A model generated the notes under the pieces. The model did no database searches and was not told where the DNA came from. It saw only the letters and a program-made list of their open reading frames with translations. From positions 1,152,001 through 1,216,000 of the forward strand of contig CBDFJG010000003.1 of the NCBI GenBank assembly GCA_965248445.1: DNA of 64,000 nucleotides, written 5' to 3'. The translations under genes and the position numbers were made by a program. The stretch is from Planctomycetota bacterium. GTDB taxonomy: Bacteria > Planctomycetota > JAJSAM01 > JAJVHW01. Position 1 is the first letter of the stretch. Each line of letters starts with the position of its first letter. Positions 10,762-20,570 of this stretch are shown in pieces.

Positions 10762-13080
10762 CTAGCGCGGCGCCAGCAGCGACTCGCCCTCGTGCGCCTC
10801 GCGGGTCACGCCGAACAGATCCAGGATCGTCGGCGCCACGTCCAGCACCGTCGGCTGCGTGTCCGGAGCAAGCGGGAAGTTCGCGAACAGGACTCCCGGC
10901 ACGAGTGACGGATCGACCGAGCAGTGGTCGCCGCTCCAGCTCTGCGTGTTGTCGATAATCACGTCGGGATCGGTGTTCCCGAGGCAGGTCTGCCAGCTCA
11001 CGCGGTAGCCCCACTCGAACCCGACCACGAGATCCGGCGCCTCGTCGGCGCGATCCCCCTCGTACAGATCCTTGCCGAAGTACACGTCGCGCACGACCTT
11101 CGTGCCGTCCTCGTCCTTTAGCGCGAGCAGCTTGTCGCGGATGCGCACCAGCAGCGCATCCACGTCTTCCGGCGCCACGACGCCGTCCGGCTCGCGGCCG
11201 TCGAGGTTGAGGTAGATGTTGCCGAGCCCCATCGCGTAGGCGCGCGTCTTCTGCCAGTCCACGTCCTCGAAGAACTTCCCGCCGAAAAGGTCCCCCACGA
11301 CCTTGTTGCCGGCGCCGGCGCCGGGGACCGCAACCTGGAATCCCTGCGCGCGCAGGAAGTTGTTCAGGTTGACACCCCTGCGGAACGGCGCGAACCCGTG
11401 GTCGGACACGACGAGCACGCGGTTGTTCTCCAGGTGCTCGCCGACGATGCGGTCCATCTCTTGGTAGATGCGGTCGATCTCACCGGCGAACGCGGGCGAA
11501 GCGTCCGGATCGTGGACCGGGGACTTCGGGTCGATGTGCCGCCAGAAGGCGTGTTGCACGCGATCGGTCTCGCCGAACATCGCGAACACACAGGAGTACG
11601 CGTTCTTCGCGATCGTCGCGCGCAAGCGTTCCTCGCGACCGTCCATCAGCAGCCGGATGTGGGCGAGGAACGCGTGATCCGAGAGCACTCCGTCCTTGAC
11701 GGGATTCGTGAGCTCGGGCCACCCGAGCGACTCGAACGTGCCGGCATCCGCGGCGAGCGACTGGGCCAGTTCCGGAGGGCTGGAGATCCGCACGTTCGCG
11801 GGCAAAGGCCGGGCGGGGTCGAACTGCACGGGAGTCGCGAGCAGCGACGTGGTCTGCGACTCGGCGTCCCACGTGTAGAGGAACCGCACCGTCGCGGGCA
11901 GCTGCGCGCGCTCCGTCAGACTCGCCAGCGGAGTCAGGTCGAAGGTGACCGGGAGGAGAGCGCTCCATTGACCGGACCGGGCCGTCATCTCGCTGCCGTC
12001 GGGGAGCGCGAGAACGACTCCGCCGTCCCCGAGCCGCGCGCCCAGCGTGACGGTGAGCCGACCCTCGAGACGGATGAGCGCCTCTTCGGTCTCGCTGACG
12101 CGCTTGCGGGCCCTTCCCCACTCGAACGCGAGTTGGCGGCGGTACATCTCGGCGTCGGCGCGCTTGCGGATCTCATCGCGCTCCGCGGAGGTGAGCAGCG
12201 GGTCGGGCGGCCCGGCGAGCACGACGTCGAACGGCTTGTCCGAGTTCACGTAGTACGTGACGCCACCAGTTTCCGTGACGCCGGGCACCGTGAGGTCGTC
12301 GGTCCACAGCGCAAACGTGCCCCACGAGCCCTGCACGTCCGGAGTGCCGAGACCGGAGAGGCAGCAACCCTGCTCCATCCTGTCCGCCGGGAACGCCATC
12401 GGCGCCTCGAGTGCGGCACAGGCGATACCGGACCGGTCGAGCGTGGACCAGAACGGCTCGCCACCGCGCAGGTTCTTTGCCTTGATCACTTCTTGCGGCA
12501 CGAACTTCACGACCGCGAGGGCTGCGACTGCAAGCACTGCGGCCGGCAGCGTGATGAGCGCCTCCGCGCGCTTCTTGCGTCCCCACGACGAACCCATGCC
12601 GCGCAGCAGCAGGACGAGCAGGACTCCGAGCAGAGCGCCGAGGACGCCAGCGCCGAACACGAGTCCGCCTCGCGTCGCGGGTGTGAGGAACGGGGTGCGC
12701 TTCGCCTCCCCCACGCCGATCGAGATGCCCACGCCACCGCGCTTGGGATAGGTGCGCCGCAGGAAGTCGTAGATGCCGGTGCGCCCTGGATTGACGCCGG
12801 TCGTCATCGCGGCCCACGAGACGGGCGACTGCGCCGGGTTCGTCGTGGCGAGACGCCGGTACCCGCCCTCGTCGCGCAGCTTCGCGAGGTTCGGCAGCTT
12901 GCCCGCATCCATCAGGCGCTCGACCTCGCGAGCCGACGCGCCGTCGAACGCGAGGACGATCAGCGGAACGTCGGGAGGCGGCGCGTCGGCCTCAGCCGGC
13001 GGCGCGAACGCAATGAGCGCGGCGAGGAGGGCGAGCAGGCTGAAGCGGCGGAGCAATCTCACGGGATCAAGCCTACCCAT
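10762..13080 (-). CDS. Alkaline phosphatase superfamily / type I phosphodiesterase-nucleotide pyrophosphatase
   Basis: IVLAFDGA, SPVSWAAMTTGVNPGRTGIYDF, DRVQHAFW, VVSDHGF, WSGDH and DVAPTIL motifs; signal peptide plus two internal TM segments. Start codon uncertain. Confidence 0.85.
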   Translation of the reverse strand: MGRLDPVRLLRRFSLLALLAALIAFAPPAEADAPPPDVPLIVLAFDGASAREVERLMDAGKLPNLAKLRDEGGYRRLATTNPAQSPVSWAAMTTGVNPGRTGIYDFLRRTYPKRGGVGISIGVGEAKRTPFLTPATRGGLVFGAGVLGALLGVLLVLLLRGMGSSWGRKKRAEALITLPAAVLAVAALAVVKFVPQEVIKAKNLRGGEPFWSTLDRSGIACAALEAPMAFPADRMEQGCCLSGLGTPDVQGSWGTFALWTDDLTVPGVTETGGVTYYVNSDKPFDVVLAGPPDPLLTSAERDEIRKRADAEMYRRQLAFEWGRARKRVSETEEALIRLEGRLTVTLGARLGDGGVVLALPDGSEMTARSGQWSALLPVTFDLTPLASLTERAQLPATVRFLYTWDAESQTTSLLATPVQFDPARPLPANVRISSPPELAQSLAADAGTFESLGWPELTNPVKDGVLSDHAFLAHIRLLMDGREERLRATIAKNAYSCVFAMFGETDRVQHAFWRHIDPKSPVHDPDASPAFAGEIDRIYQEMDRIVGEHLENNRVLVVSDHGFAPFRRGVNLNNFLRAQGFQVAVPGAGAGNKVVGDLFGGKFFEDVDWQKTRAYAMGLGNIYLNLDGREPDGVVAPEDVDALLVRIRDKLLALKDEDGTKVVRDVYFGKDLYEGDRADEAPDLVVGFEWGYRVSWQTCLGNTDPDVIIDNTQSWSGDHCSVDPSLVPGVLFANFPLAPDTQPTVLDVAPTILDLFGVTREAHEGESLLAPR

Positions 13081-13200
13081 CGGTTCACGGACGTTCGATC
13101 ACGGAACGGTCTCGGCAGTGCCACGCAGGCCACTCGCACCTGCGAGCGAGGAGTGGCACGAGATCGCACAGCGATCGGAGTGCCTCCCCGCAGTGAGTCA

Positions 13201-13282
13201 CCTCCGTAGCGGTCGGAGACCGCGTAGGAGGGAAACACACTAGCCAGGAGCGGCATGGCGATCGCCTCGCGATCGTCATGAC
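13201..13282. repeat. Two-hairpin intergenic repeat, copy A (REP/MITE-like)
   Basis: CCTCCGTAGCGGTCGGAGACCGCGTAGGAGGGA, a 26-nt spacer, then GATCGCCTCGCGATCGTCATGAC; both blocks recur at 49798-49880. Confidence 0.75.
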
Positions 13283-13291
13283 GCGACGCAG

Positions 13292-14221
13292 CTAGTCTTT
13301 CTGGGCTTCCAGCCAACGCTCGGCGTCGAGCGCCGCCATGCAGCCCGATCCGGCGGCCGTGACGGCCTGGCGATAGACGTGGTCCTGGCAGTCGCCGCAC
13401 GCGAACACGCCCTCGACGTTGGTCTTGGCGCCCTTGCCGTACGTGACGAGGTAGTCGTTCTCGTCGGTCTCGAGTTGTCCTTCGAGGAACGCCGTCGTCG
13501 GCGTGTGGCCGATCGCGACGAAGAGACCGTCGAGAGGCAGCGGCCACGACTCACCGGTCTTGCGGTTCTTGATCGTCCCGCTCTCGAGCTTCGTCTCTCC
13601 GTTGGCCTGCGTGACCTCGGTGTTCCAGATGAACTCGATCTTCGGGTTGTCCATCGCGCGCTTCTGCATGATCTTGCTCGCGCGCAGTTCGTCGCGGCGG
13701 TGGATCACGTAGACCTTCGACGCGTAGCGCGTGAGGAACGTCGCCTCCTCCATCGCGCTGTCTCCGCCGCCGACGACAGCCAACACCTTCTCCTTGAAGA
13801 ACGCGCCATCACAGGTCGCGCACGTCGAGACGCCGCGCCCCATCAGCTCGCTCTCGCCGGGGATGCCGAGAAGTCGCGGGTTCGCGCCGGTCGCCACGAT
13901 GACCGTGTCCGCGCGATACTCGATGCCCTCGACCCAGACGCCGAACGGACGGCTGCTGAAATCGACCTTCTCGACGTCCTTGCTGACGATCTCGGTCCCG
14001 AAGCGCTCGGCCTGCGCCTTCGTCTCGTCCATCAGCTCGGGGCCCATGACCCCGTCGCGGAAGCCGGGGTAGTTCTCGACGTCGGTGGTGAGCATGAGCT
14101 GCCCGCCCCGCTGGTACCCCTCGAACATGAGCGGCTTCAGGTTCGCGCGGGCGGTATAGATCGCCGCTGTGAGGCCCGCCGGGCCCGATCCGATGATGAT
14201 CACCTCGCGGTGGTCGGCCAT
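13292..14221 (-). CDS. trxB: Thioredoxin-disulfide reductase
   Basis: MADHREVIIIGSGPAGLTAAIY, CATCD active site, GGGDSAMEEA, GVFACGD...YRQAVTAAGSG; GGAGG RBS upstream of ATG 14221. Confidence 0.96.
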   Translation of the reverse strand: MADHREVIIIGSGPAGLTAAIYTARANLKPLMFEGYQRGGQLMLTTDVENYPGFRDGVMGPELMDETKAQAERFGTEIVSKDVEKVDFSSRPFGVWVEGIEYRADTVIVATGANPRLLGIPGESELMGRGVSTCATCDGAFFKEKVLAVVGGGDSAMEEATFLTRYASKVYVIHRRDELRASKIMQKRAMDNPKIEFIWNTEVTQANGETKLESGTIKNRKTGESWPLPLDGLFVAIGHTPTTAFLEGQLETDENDYLVTYGKGAKTNVEGVFACGDCQDHVYRQAVTAAGSGCMAALDAERWLEAQKD

Positions 14222-14387
14222 TTCACGTCCTCCGTTCGTCGAAGCCGCGCAGTGTAGTCCCGAGCTGCCACCCGGCCTCGCGAAGCCGGTGCCGGGCGAG
14301 CCCGGCCCGCCCCGGTGTGGCAAGCGATCCAACCATGCGGGTCCGCATGCCATTCCCGGACCCGGCAGAGGAGGGTAGAAACGGGGG

Positions 14388-16760
14388 ATGCACCGACTCG
14401 CCGGCACCCTTCTCGCCAGTACCCTTCTCGGCAGTACCTTTCTCGCCTTGGCCGCGCTCCTTGCCGCCACGGCTCTGGCCGCCACGGAGGCGACGTTCGA
14501 CGACGGCCGCCAGAAGGACGAGATCACCGGTCTCTCGGCATCGGCGGCCGACGACGTGCGGATCGTGATCCCCGCGCGCCCGGGCATGACGCTCGACGTC
14601 ACGCTCACTCCCGACGGTGACAACCCCGCGTCCGGACTCGCGGCGCAGCTCGTCGATCCGGACGCCGTAGATCTCCTGATCACGGGCAGCGCGTTCGACA
14701 AGTCCAAGGTCGGCAAGGACGAGGTGCGGTGGAGGAAGGCGCCACTCACCCGTGCGGGGGACCACGTGCTCGTGATCGCCGTCGGCAGTCCGGGGGGCTG
14801 GCGGGTCAAGCTGGGCGGCAAGGGTGGTGGCGAGAACATCACCGAGACCTCGAACGAGGACCTCATCCCCGCGACGGAGGTCGAGCTGCCGTTCGCAGGT
14901 CTCGCCGGCGACACGGTGAAGTGGAAGGTCGTGCGCGTCGGCAAGAGCGGGCTCGACCCCGCCGTCGTCCGGATCGAGAGGCCGGACGGCAGCTTCCTTC
15001 CCGACGTGCCGATGGACGCCAAGGGCAGCGCGCTGCTCGACGCCGACGGCGAGCACTCGTTCGTGTTCACGAACGCGGGCATCGGCCCGGGCGCGTGGAA
15101 GGCCAAGCTCAAGCTCAAGAGGCGCAAGGACCGCAAGCGCAAGGGACACGTCTCCGCCGAGCAGACCGGACTCGTCCCCGTCGTCAAGAAAGTCGACCCC
15201 AAGAAGGGCGTGCACATCGACACCGCGCTCGCCCTGCTCCTGACCGGCACCGACTTCGAGCCCACAATGGACATCCGCCTCGTGCGCAACGGCCGCGACG
15301 ACATCATCGCCACGAACGTCGCCGTGCTCTCGGACACGGAGGCAACGTGCGTGATCGATCTCGACACGCGGAACGAAGAGGGCAACGGCAGATCGGTCGG
15401 CAAGTGGAAGGTCTCGGCCTGGAACCTGCCGCTCTACGGCGACGACCAGGACCCGACGACGCTGGACAAGACCAGCCCGCTGGTCAGCCAGAAGAAGAGC
15501 CTCCAGTCGGTCACGGCGGGCTCGGTCACGCTCCCCAAGGGTGTGCAGGACGACACGGAGTTGTGGGTCGTGCAGTTCAACGACGAGTTCCAGGCGGACC
15601 TCGACCGCATGGGGCTCGGGAGCGACGACGCGATCGTACGCATACTCAGCCGCGGCGTCGTCGAGGCGTACGTGATTGCGTACTTGCGGGACCTCTTCGG
15701 CGCCAACGAGACGAACGGTGCCGTCAAGGGCACCGTCGCCGTGCCGGTGAGCTTCGTAGTCGATCCCGTCAGCGCCATCGCCGGCGAAGCCGGACTTGAC
15801 TACAACGTGATCGACGTCGGCGGCAAGTGGGAGGACGGTGATCCTCAGGACGCCGCAGAGACACTGCCGTGGGGCTTCGCCGCGACGGACACTGGCAATG
15901 CGGCGCGGGAGGACCTGCAGGCGCTCGACGACGACGGCACGACGCGGCTCGGTCTGGGCGTGCGCACGCGCGTCCTGAACCCGAACGGCCCGAACGCGTC
16001 CCAGAGCTTGATCGCGGCCATGGCGCCGCTGCGCAACGTGCCTCTCACTGCGAACGACGAGCGCTACTTTCGGGCGACGTTCAACGGCAACAACTCAGCG
16101 CGGGTTGCGCGGTATGCAGCGATCGTCACACAACTCGAGCGGGCGGCACGGGAGATCGCGGCGATCATCGCTCACCATGTCGGCCGCGCGATGGGCCTGC
16201 CAACAGCGGGCACCGGTCCGATGGATGCACCGTCGACCTCCGGCAAGATGTGGACCGACCGCGACACGCTGTCGTTCGCGGGCGCGGATCTGACCACCCT
16301 CCGGAACAACGCCGTCGCCCACGCGCTGCCGGGCAAGTCGGGCAAGCTGAAGGTCATCTTCCTGCCTCTCCAGGACCAGCAGCCGGAGCTGCTTCCGAAC
16401 CTCACCACGGGATCGGCGTACTCGACCGACTGGGACTTCGTCGGAGGACGTTGCAACGCCAAGCCGGCGGATTACAGGATGCAATACACACCGGGCAGCC
16501 GGGTCCTGCCCCAGACCACACTCACGCACACGTCGCTCTCTGGCACCGTGCCGGTGTGCGCGGACGGCGGGAGCTGCGCCAACATCAGCGCCGTCATCTG
16601 TGGGGTATTCAGCTTCCAGCTTGCGATTACCGATACCGTCCGTGACGAGGTCACATTCATCTTTCACAGGCTTAAGGCGTTGCCTGACCTCGGTCAGCTG
16701 CCGGGTCCCCTGGTCCCGCAGGCAACGACTTGCCGCAATCAGGTACTCGCCGCACCATGA
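14388..16760 (+). CDS. Large secreted hypothetical protein
   Basis: 790 aa with signal peptide, beta-rich domains and a degenerate zincin-like segment IIAHHVGRAMGL. Confidence 0.7.
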   Translation: MHRLAGTLLASTLLGSTFLALAALLAATALAATEATFDDGRQKDEITGLSASAADDVRIVIPARPGMTLDVTLTPDGDNPASGLAAQLVDPDAVDLLITGSAFDKSKVGKDEVRWRKAPLTRAGDHVLVIAVGSPGGWRVKLGGKGGGENITETSNEDLIPATEVELPFAGLAGDTVKWKVVRVGKSGLDPAVVRIERPDGSFLPDVPMDAKGSALLDADGEHSFVFTNAGIGPGAWKAKLKLKRRKDRKRKGHVSAEQTGLVPVVKKVDPKKGVHIDTALALLLTGTDFEPTMDIRLVRNGRDDIIATNVAVLSDTEATCVIDLDTRNEEGNGRSVGKWKVSAWNLPLYGDDQDPTTLDKTSPLVSQKKSLQSVTAGSVTLPKGVQDDTELWVVQFNDEFQADLDRMGLGSDDAIVRILSRGVVEAYVIAYLRDLFGANETNGAVKGTVAVPVSFVVDPVSAIAGEAGLDYNVIDVGGKWEDGDPQDAAETLPWGFAATDTGNAAREDLQALDDDGTTRLGLGVRTRVLNPNGPNASQSLIAAMAPLRNVPLTANDERYFRATFNGNNSARVARYAAIVTQLERAAREIAAIIAHHVGRAMGLPTAGTGPMDAPSTSGKMWTDRDTLSFAGADLTTLRNNAVAHALPGKSGKLKVIFLPLQDQQPELLPNLTTGSAYSTDWDFVGGRCNAKPADYRMQYTPGSRVLPQTTLTHTSLSGTVPVCADGGSCANISAVICGVFSFQLAITDTVRDEVTFIFHRLKALPDLGQLPGPLVPQATTCRNQVLAAP

Positions 16761-17032
16761 TGAAGAAGCTCCTTCCCACGATCGCAGCCGTCGCGCTCAT
16801 CGCGCTTGCCGGCTGCTCCTCGATCGACTCCGAGATCAGCGCCCTACGCGCCGAGGAGGAAGACCTCATCCGCCACATCGAGGCGGTCAAGGAGGTCCGC
16901 AAGAAGAGCGTCCAGCTCCAGACTGCTCTCGAGCAGATGAAGCAGGACGACAGCTCCGCGAACGAACGCGCCGTCGAAGAGGCCCGCCAGGATCTCGAGG
17001 ACGCCAAGACGGCGGCCTCGCAGTACATCTAG
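16757..17032 (+). CDS. Small coiled-coil lipoprotein
   Basis: ATGA overlap with the upstream gene; MMKKLLPTIAAVALIALAGC lipobox followed by a heptad-like helix. Confidence 0.75.
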   Translation: MMKKLLPTIAAVALIALAGCSSIDSEISALRAEEEDLIRHIEAVKEVRKKSVQLQTALEQMKQDDSSANERAVEEARQDLEDAKTAASQYI

Positions 17033-17072
17033 ACGCACATCTAGCCGTACATCTGGACGCACACTTCTAGAC
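17023..17072. repeat. Degenerate 12-bp tandem repeat (4 units)
   Basis: GTACATCTAGAC / GCACATCTAGCC / GTACATCTGGAC / GCACACTTCTAGAC between convergent stop codons. Confidence 0.7.
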
Positions 17073-17077
17073 GCAGG

Positions 17078-18529
17078 TCAGTAGTTGCGCAGGACGTACG
17101 CGCGCCACTCCTCGTCGAGCTCTTCCGGCGTCTTGCCGAAGTGCTCGGCGAGCAGCGCGACCTGATCTGCCTTGAAGCTTGCGGCGGCGATGTAGGCCTG
17201 TGTCGCCTTCGGGGCCTTCTCGCGGAGCCAGAGAAGCACGCTCCACGACTTGACGGCCTGCTCGAGGTTCATGCGGCCGATCTCCAGCTCTACGAGCCCG
17301 CGCAGCGCGACGTCGTCGGAAGACCGCACCAGGTCGCGTGCCAGAAGACGCCACTTCGGGGACCCCGCCCAGCGCAGGCCGTTGTCGTCGTTGCCGTAAC
17401 GGGAAGAGGAGTCACCGATGCATCGTGCGTCCGCGTCGGGCACAACCAAGGCGGCCACATCCTGCGCGATGGCCTCGTAGACCCACGGAGCGCGCGAGGC
17501 GCCGAACGCACGACGCAAGAAGATGTGTGCCGTCTGGTGGGCAACGTAATCGCCCATGTCGTACATGTCGTCCCGGGCCCGGCGCTTACTCCCGTAGTAG
17601 CCATTCTTCGCGTTCCCGCGAAAGCCGTACGTGAGCCACTTCTCGAGGGACTGTCCGCGGTCGAGCTCGACGCGGAGCCACTCGTCCCAGAGGTGCTCCT
17701 GCATCAGGCAGAAGCGCATCGGGGCCGCGGAGACTTGCTCGCCCGCCGGATCTACGCCGACGTACTCCGCAGTACGCAGGTAGGCCAGCTCGCCCGCGCG
17801 CGCAACGTACGTACCCTCGTCGTGGTGACTGCTGGACACCAAGCGGATGTGCTCGGTCTCTTTCCCACGCAGCCGGACACCCAGCGTCGCCTCCCAGTCC
17901 TTCTCGCGCGCCGCGTTCTTCACTCCGCGCGCCGCCGTGTAGGCCTCGTGCAAGGCCGCGGGAACCCACAGCCCGTCGAGCGGCACGCGGCCGAGACGCA
18001 CGCGAGCGGTCGTCGAGTCGGCGTCCGCGGCGATCGCGCGGTGATACGCGCGATCCGCCTGGAGTGGGAAGCCTCGGCGCTCCGCCTCCGCCCCCACCTT
18101 CACGTACCGTTTCGCGAGATCCTCCTCCACCGGGCCGATGTACTTGCGCTCCCACGCGTTCACCCTCGCCCAGTACTCGTCCGAGCTCTCCCCGCGCCGA
18201 CGCGTGTTTTGGCGCTCGACGGCGGCGGCGAGCGCCTCGTTCAGCTTCCACTCGCCATCGACCTCGCGCCAGCCGAGGTGTGCACGCGCGCCCTTGTGAT
18301 CCGGGTTCCAAACGAGAATGCGGTCGCAAAGCGAAGCATGCTGCCGGGGGAGATCGTCGTCCCGCGCCCGCGTCGCTGCCTTCCAGAGCCCCTTCACGGC
18401 AGCCTTCGCGATCGCCTTCTGCCGCGTCTTGAAGAACTCTACGCCAGCGTCCCGCTCCGCCGCAACGGCCGGCACGGGCGCCACAGTCGTGAGCGCAAGC
18501 AGCCCGAGTACGAACACCGTCGCGCGCAT
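17078..18529 (-). CDS. Secreted hypothetical protein with peptidase-MA/DUF1570-like C-terminal region
   Basis: Signal peptide MRATVFVLGLLALTT after a GGAGG RBS; VAHQTAH...PWVYEAIA resembles HExxH...PWxxEGxA. Confidence 0.65.
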   Translation of the reverse strand: MRATVFVLGLLALTTVAPVPAVAAERDAGVEFFKTRQKAIAKAAVKGLWKAATRARDDDLPRQHASLCDRILVWNPDHKGARAHLGWREVDGEWKLNEALAAAVERQNTRRRGESSDEYWARVNAWERKYIGPVEEDLAKRYVKVGAEAERRGFPLQADRAYHRAIAADADSTTARVRLGRVPLDGLWVPAALHEAYTAARGVKNAAREKDWEATLGVRLRGKETEHIRLVSSSHHDEGTYVARAGELAYLRTAEYVGVDPAGEQVSAAPMRFCLMQEHLWDEWLRVELDRGQSLEKWLTYGFRGNAKNGYYGSKRRARDDMYDMGDYVAHQTAHIFLRRAFGASRAPWVYEAIAQDVAALVVPDADARCIGDSSSRYGNDDNGLRWAGSPKWRLLARDLVRSSDDVALRGLVELEIGRMNLEQAVKSWSVLLWLREKAPKATQAYIAAASFKADQVALLAEHFGKTPEELDEEWRAYVLRNY

Positions 18530-18581
18530 CGTCAGTCCTCCACCCGCCGCGACAGCATCGTATCGCTCCCGCTCCGCCCGC

Positions 18582-19103
18582 TCAGAGCTTACGCAGCAGG
18601 TAGATCTGGTCGATGTCGTGGTCTCCGTGCCGCAGGCTCCCGCGCTCGACGCCGTAGCGCTCGAAGTCGTGCTTCTCGAGCAGCTGCAGCGCGGCGTGAC
18701 TGGTCGAAGAGACCATGCACCGCACGTACGCGACACCGTCGCACGCGCGCACCTCGTCCAGGAGGGTCGCCACGAGAGCAGATCCGACGCCGCACCGGCG
18801 GTGCTCTTTCACCACGAAGAAGCTGCGGACGCTTCCCTTGTGCCGAACGGTCTGCTTCCCCTCGCGCCGGAAGCTGATCATCCCGCACAGCTCCGGCGCG
18901 AACGCGCCCACGACGAACAGTTCCGTACCGGCTGGACCCGGTCCCAGGAGTGCGGATCTCTGCGCGTCGGTGCCGGCTCGCCATGCGCGCACGCTCGCCG
19001 TGAAAGCGTCGGGGTGCTCGTCCAGCGCCCGCTGGCGCAGGGCACGGCACGCCGCGGCGTCGTCGAGAGTCAGACGCCGCACCAGGACGCCGTCGCGCGG
19101 CAC
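18582..19103 (-). CDS. GNAT family N-acetyltransferase
   Basis: VRRLTLDDAAACRALRQRALDEHPDAF; acetyl-CoA motif FVVKEHRRCGVGSALV. Confidence 0.85.
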   Translation of the reverse strand: MPRDGVLVRRLTLDDAAACRALRQRALDEHPDAFTASVRAWRAGTDAQRSALLGPGPAGTELFVVGAFAPELCGMISFRREGKQTVRHKGSVRSFFVVKEHRRCGVGSALVATLLDEVRACDGVAYVRCMVSSTSHAALQLLEKHDFERYGVERGSLRHGDHDIDQIYLLRKL

Positions 19104-19109
19104 CGGCCC

Positions 19110-20414
19110 CTACTCCGCCTGCGGGCCCTTGCTGGGCGCAGGCTTCTGGCAGCCGTACTTGCCGAGGTACTTCTTCTCCCCGGCGGCCAGCGCCTCGGCG
19201 AGCGACAACCGCGGGAGCCATACGGCGGAGTCGACCTTGAGGTCGGTTCCGACGAGGTTCAGGCCGAGGATGCGCCGGAGCACGTTCTCGCGTGTCATGT
19301 GCACCTTCACGTCCGTTTCGGCTGCGTTGCGATCGATGATGTTGCGGGAGGCGAACGCAGCCGACCACTCCTTGCTCACCGGCACGGAGATCTCGCCGGT
19401 CAGGCAGCCCTCCGCGTCGTCGATCAGGTCCGACTCGTCCTCAATGTCGTCGACGTCCATCTTCATGTTGAACTCGAGGTAGTCCGCAACGAGGTTGCCC
19501 GCGAACAGCGTGTTCGTCATCTCGAGGTCCTTGGACCGCTTCTCGTTGTCGATGCCGTAGTAGTCACTGCAACCGAGCACATTCCCATCGCCCGCGACGG
19601 TCGTGCTCGACTCGAGCTTCAGCGCGGAGCCGGCGATCGTGCCGAACGCGTCGTACTTCTCGGTGAAGAGCGACGTGTTGTTGTTGAACGTGAACTGCGG
19701 CACGTCGGCGCCGGTGAACGACGTGTGTAGCGCGAATCCGTAGCCGGTGTTGTTGATCGAGAGGTTGTTCTCGACCGTGCACTTGCTCTTCTGGTGTCCC
19801 CACACCGCGATCGCGCCGCCCGTGGGCGCCGTGTTCACGACGACGCAGTTGCGCACGACGATGTCGCCGAGCTTCCACGCGGCGACGGAGATCCCGCCCG
19901 ACTCGGGACTCGGCATCTTGCCGCTCGCGCCCTTCCGGATGATCTTGAGGTCCTTGTCCTCGACGTAGCGGTTGCGGTCGCCGTTGTCGACGATGATCCC
20001 GTCCACCACGATCTTGTGTGCGGCGTTCTGCCGCCACTTCGAGCAGTCGACCGAAAGCCGGATGCCGGTGTTGAAGTTCTCCGACGTGTTCGACCCGGAG
20101 AGGATTGTCTTGTGCGCGCCCCAGGGGTCGCGGGCCTTGAAGTCCTGGGAGTACCCGCCGTAGATCTCGACGGGCACGACGATCTGCGTCGTGCCGCTCT
20201 CACCGCGTCCGAGGTACACGCCCTCGGCGATGTGGACGCGATCGCCCGCTTCGATCTTCGTCACGATGTTGCCGAGGTCCTTGGCCGGCTTCTCGATCGT
20301 CCCCTTCTTGCCCTTGCCCGTCGCGACGGACACGTACCAGTCACGGGCGAGTGCCTCGTCCGCGAACACAAACGGCAGCGCGAACACGGCAGCAGCGAGC
20401 AGAAAACGACGCAT
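19110..20414 (-). CDS. Secreted right-handed parallel beta-helix protein (DUF1565-like N-terminus)
   Basis: Signal peptide; WYVSVATG..GTIEKP..GDRVHIAEGVY..IYGGYS; repeated xxNxxxxN beta-helix pattern. Confidence 0.75.
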   Translation of the reverse strand: MRRFLLAAAVFALPFVFADEALARDWYVSVATGKGKKGTIEKPAKDLGNIVTKIEAGDRVHIAEGVYLGRGESGTTQIVVPVEIYGGYSQDFKARDPWGAHKTILSGSNTSENFNTGIRLSVDCSKWRQNAAHKIVVDGIIVDNGDRNRYVEDKDLKIIRKGASGKMPSPESGGISVAAWKLGDIVVRNCVVVNTAPTGGAIAVWGHQKSKCTVENNLSINNTGYGFALHTSFTGADVPQFTFNNNTSLFTEKYDAFGTIAGSALKLESSTTVAGDGNVLGCSDYYGIDNEKRSKDLEMTNTLFAGNLVADYLEFNMKMDVDDIEDESDLIDDAEGCLTGEISVPVSKEWSAAFASRNIIDRNAAETDVKVHMTRENVLRRILGLNLVGTDLKVDSAVWLPRLSLAEALAAGEKKYLGKYGCQKPAPSKGPQAE

Positions 20415-20570
20415 CGGACACCTCCTCTTCGAGTACGCGGCCCACGGTACTGACCGCTGCGAAGCCCGGTCAAGCGCTCGCGGATTCGATGGGCCGGCGC
20501 AACGGTAGACTCGGCCCGGTCACTGATAGAGGTTCGGCGGGAGCCGTCGCTTCCGCGGGAGGGGGCTGCC

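Noticed and set aside
13154..13168. Sigma-54 promoter TGGCACGAGATCGCA
   Set aside because: GG-to-GC spacing is 9 rather than 10, and it points away from the neighbouring gene starts.
17023..17072. CRISPR array (also considered for 13201-13282 and 58132-58165)
   Set aside because: The units are too short or are not repeated with unique spacers; no cas genes.
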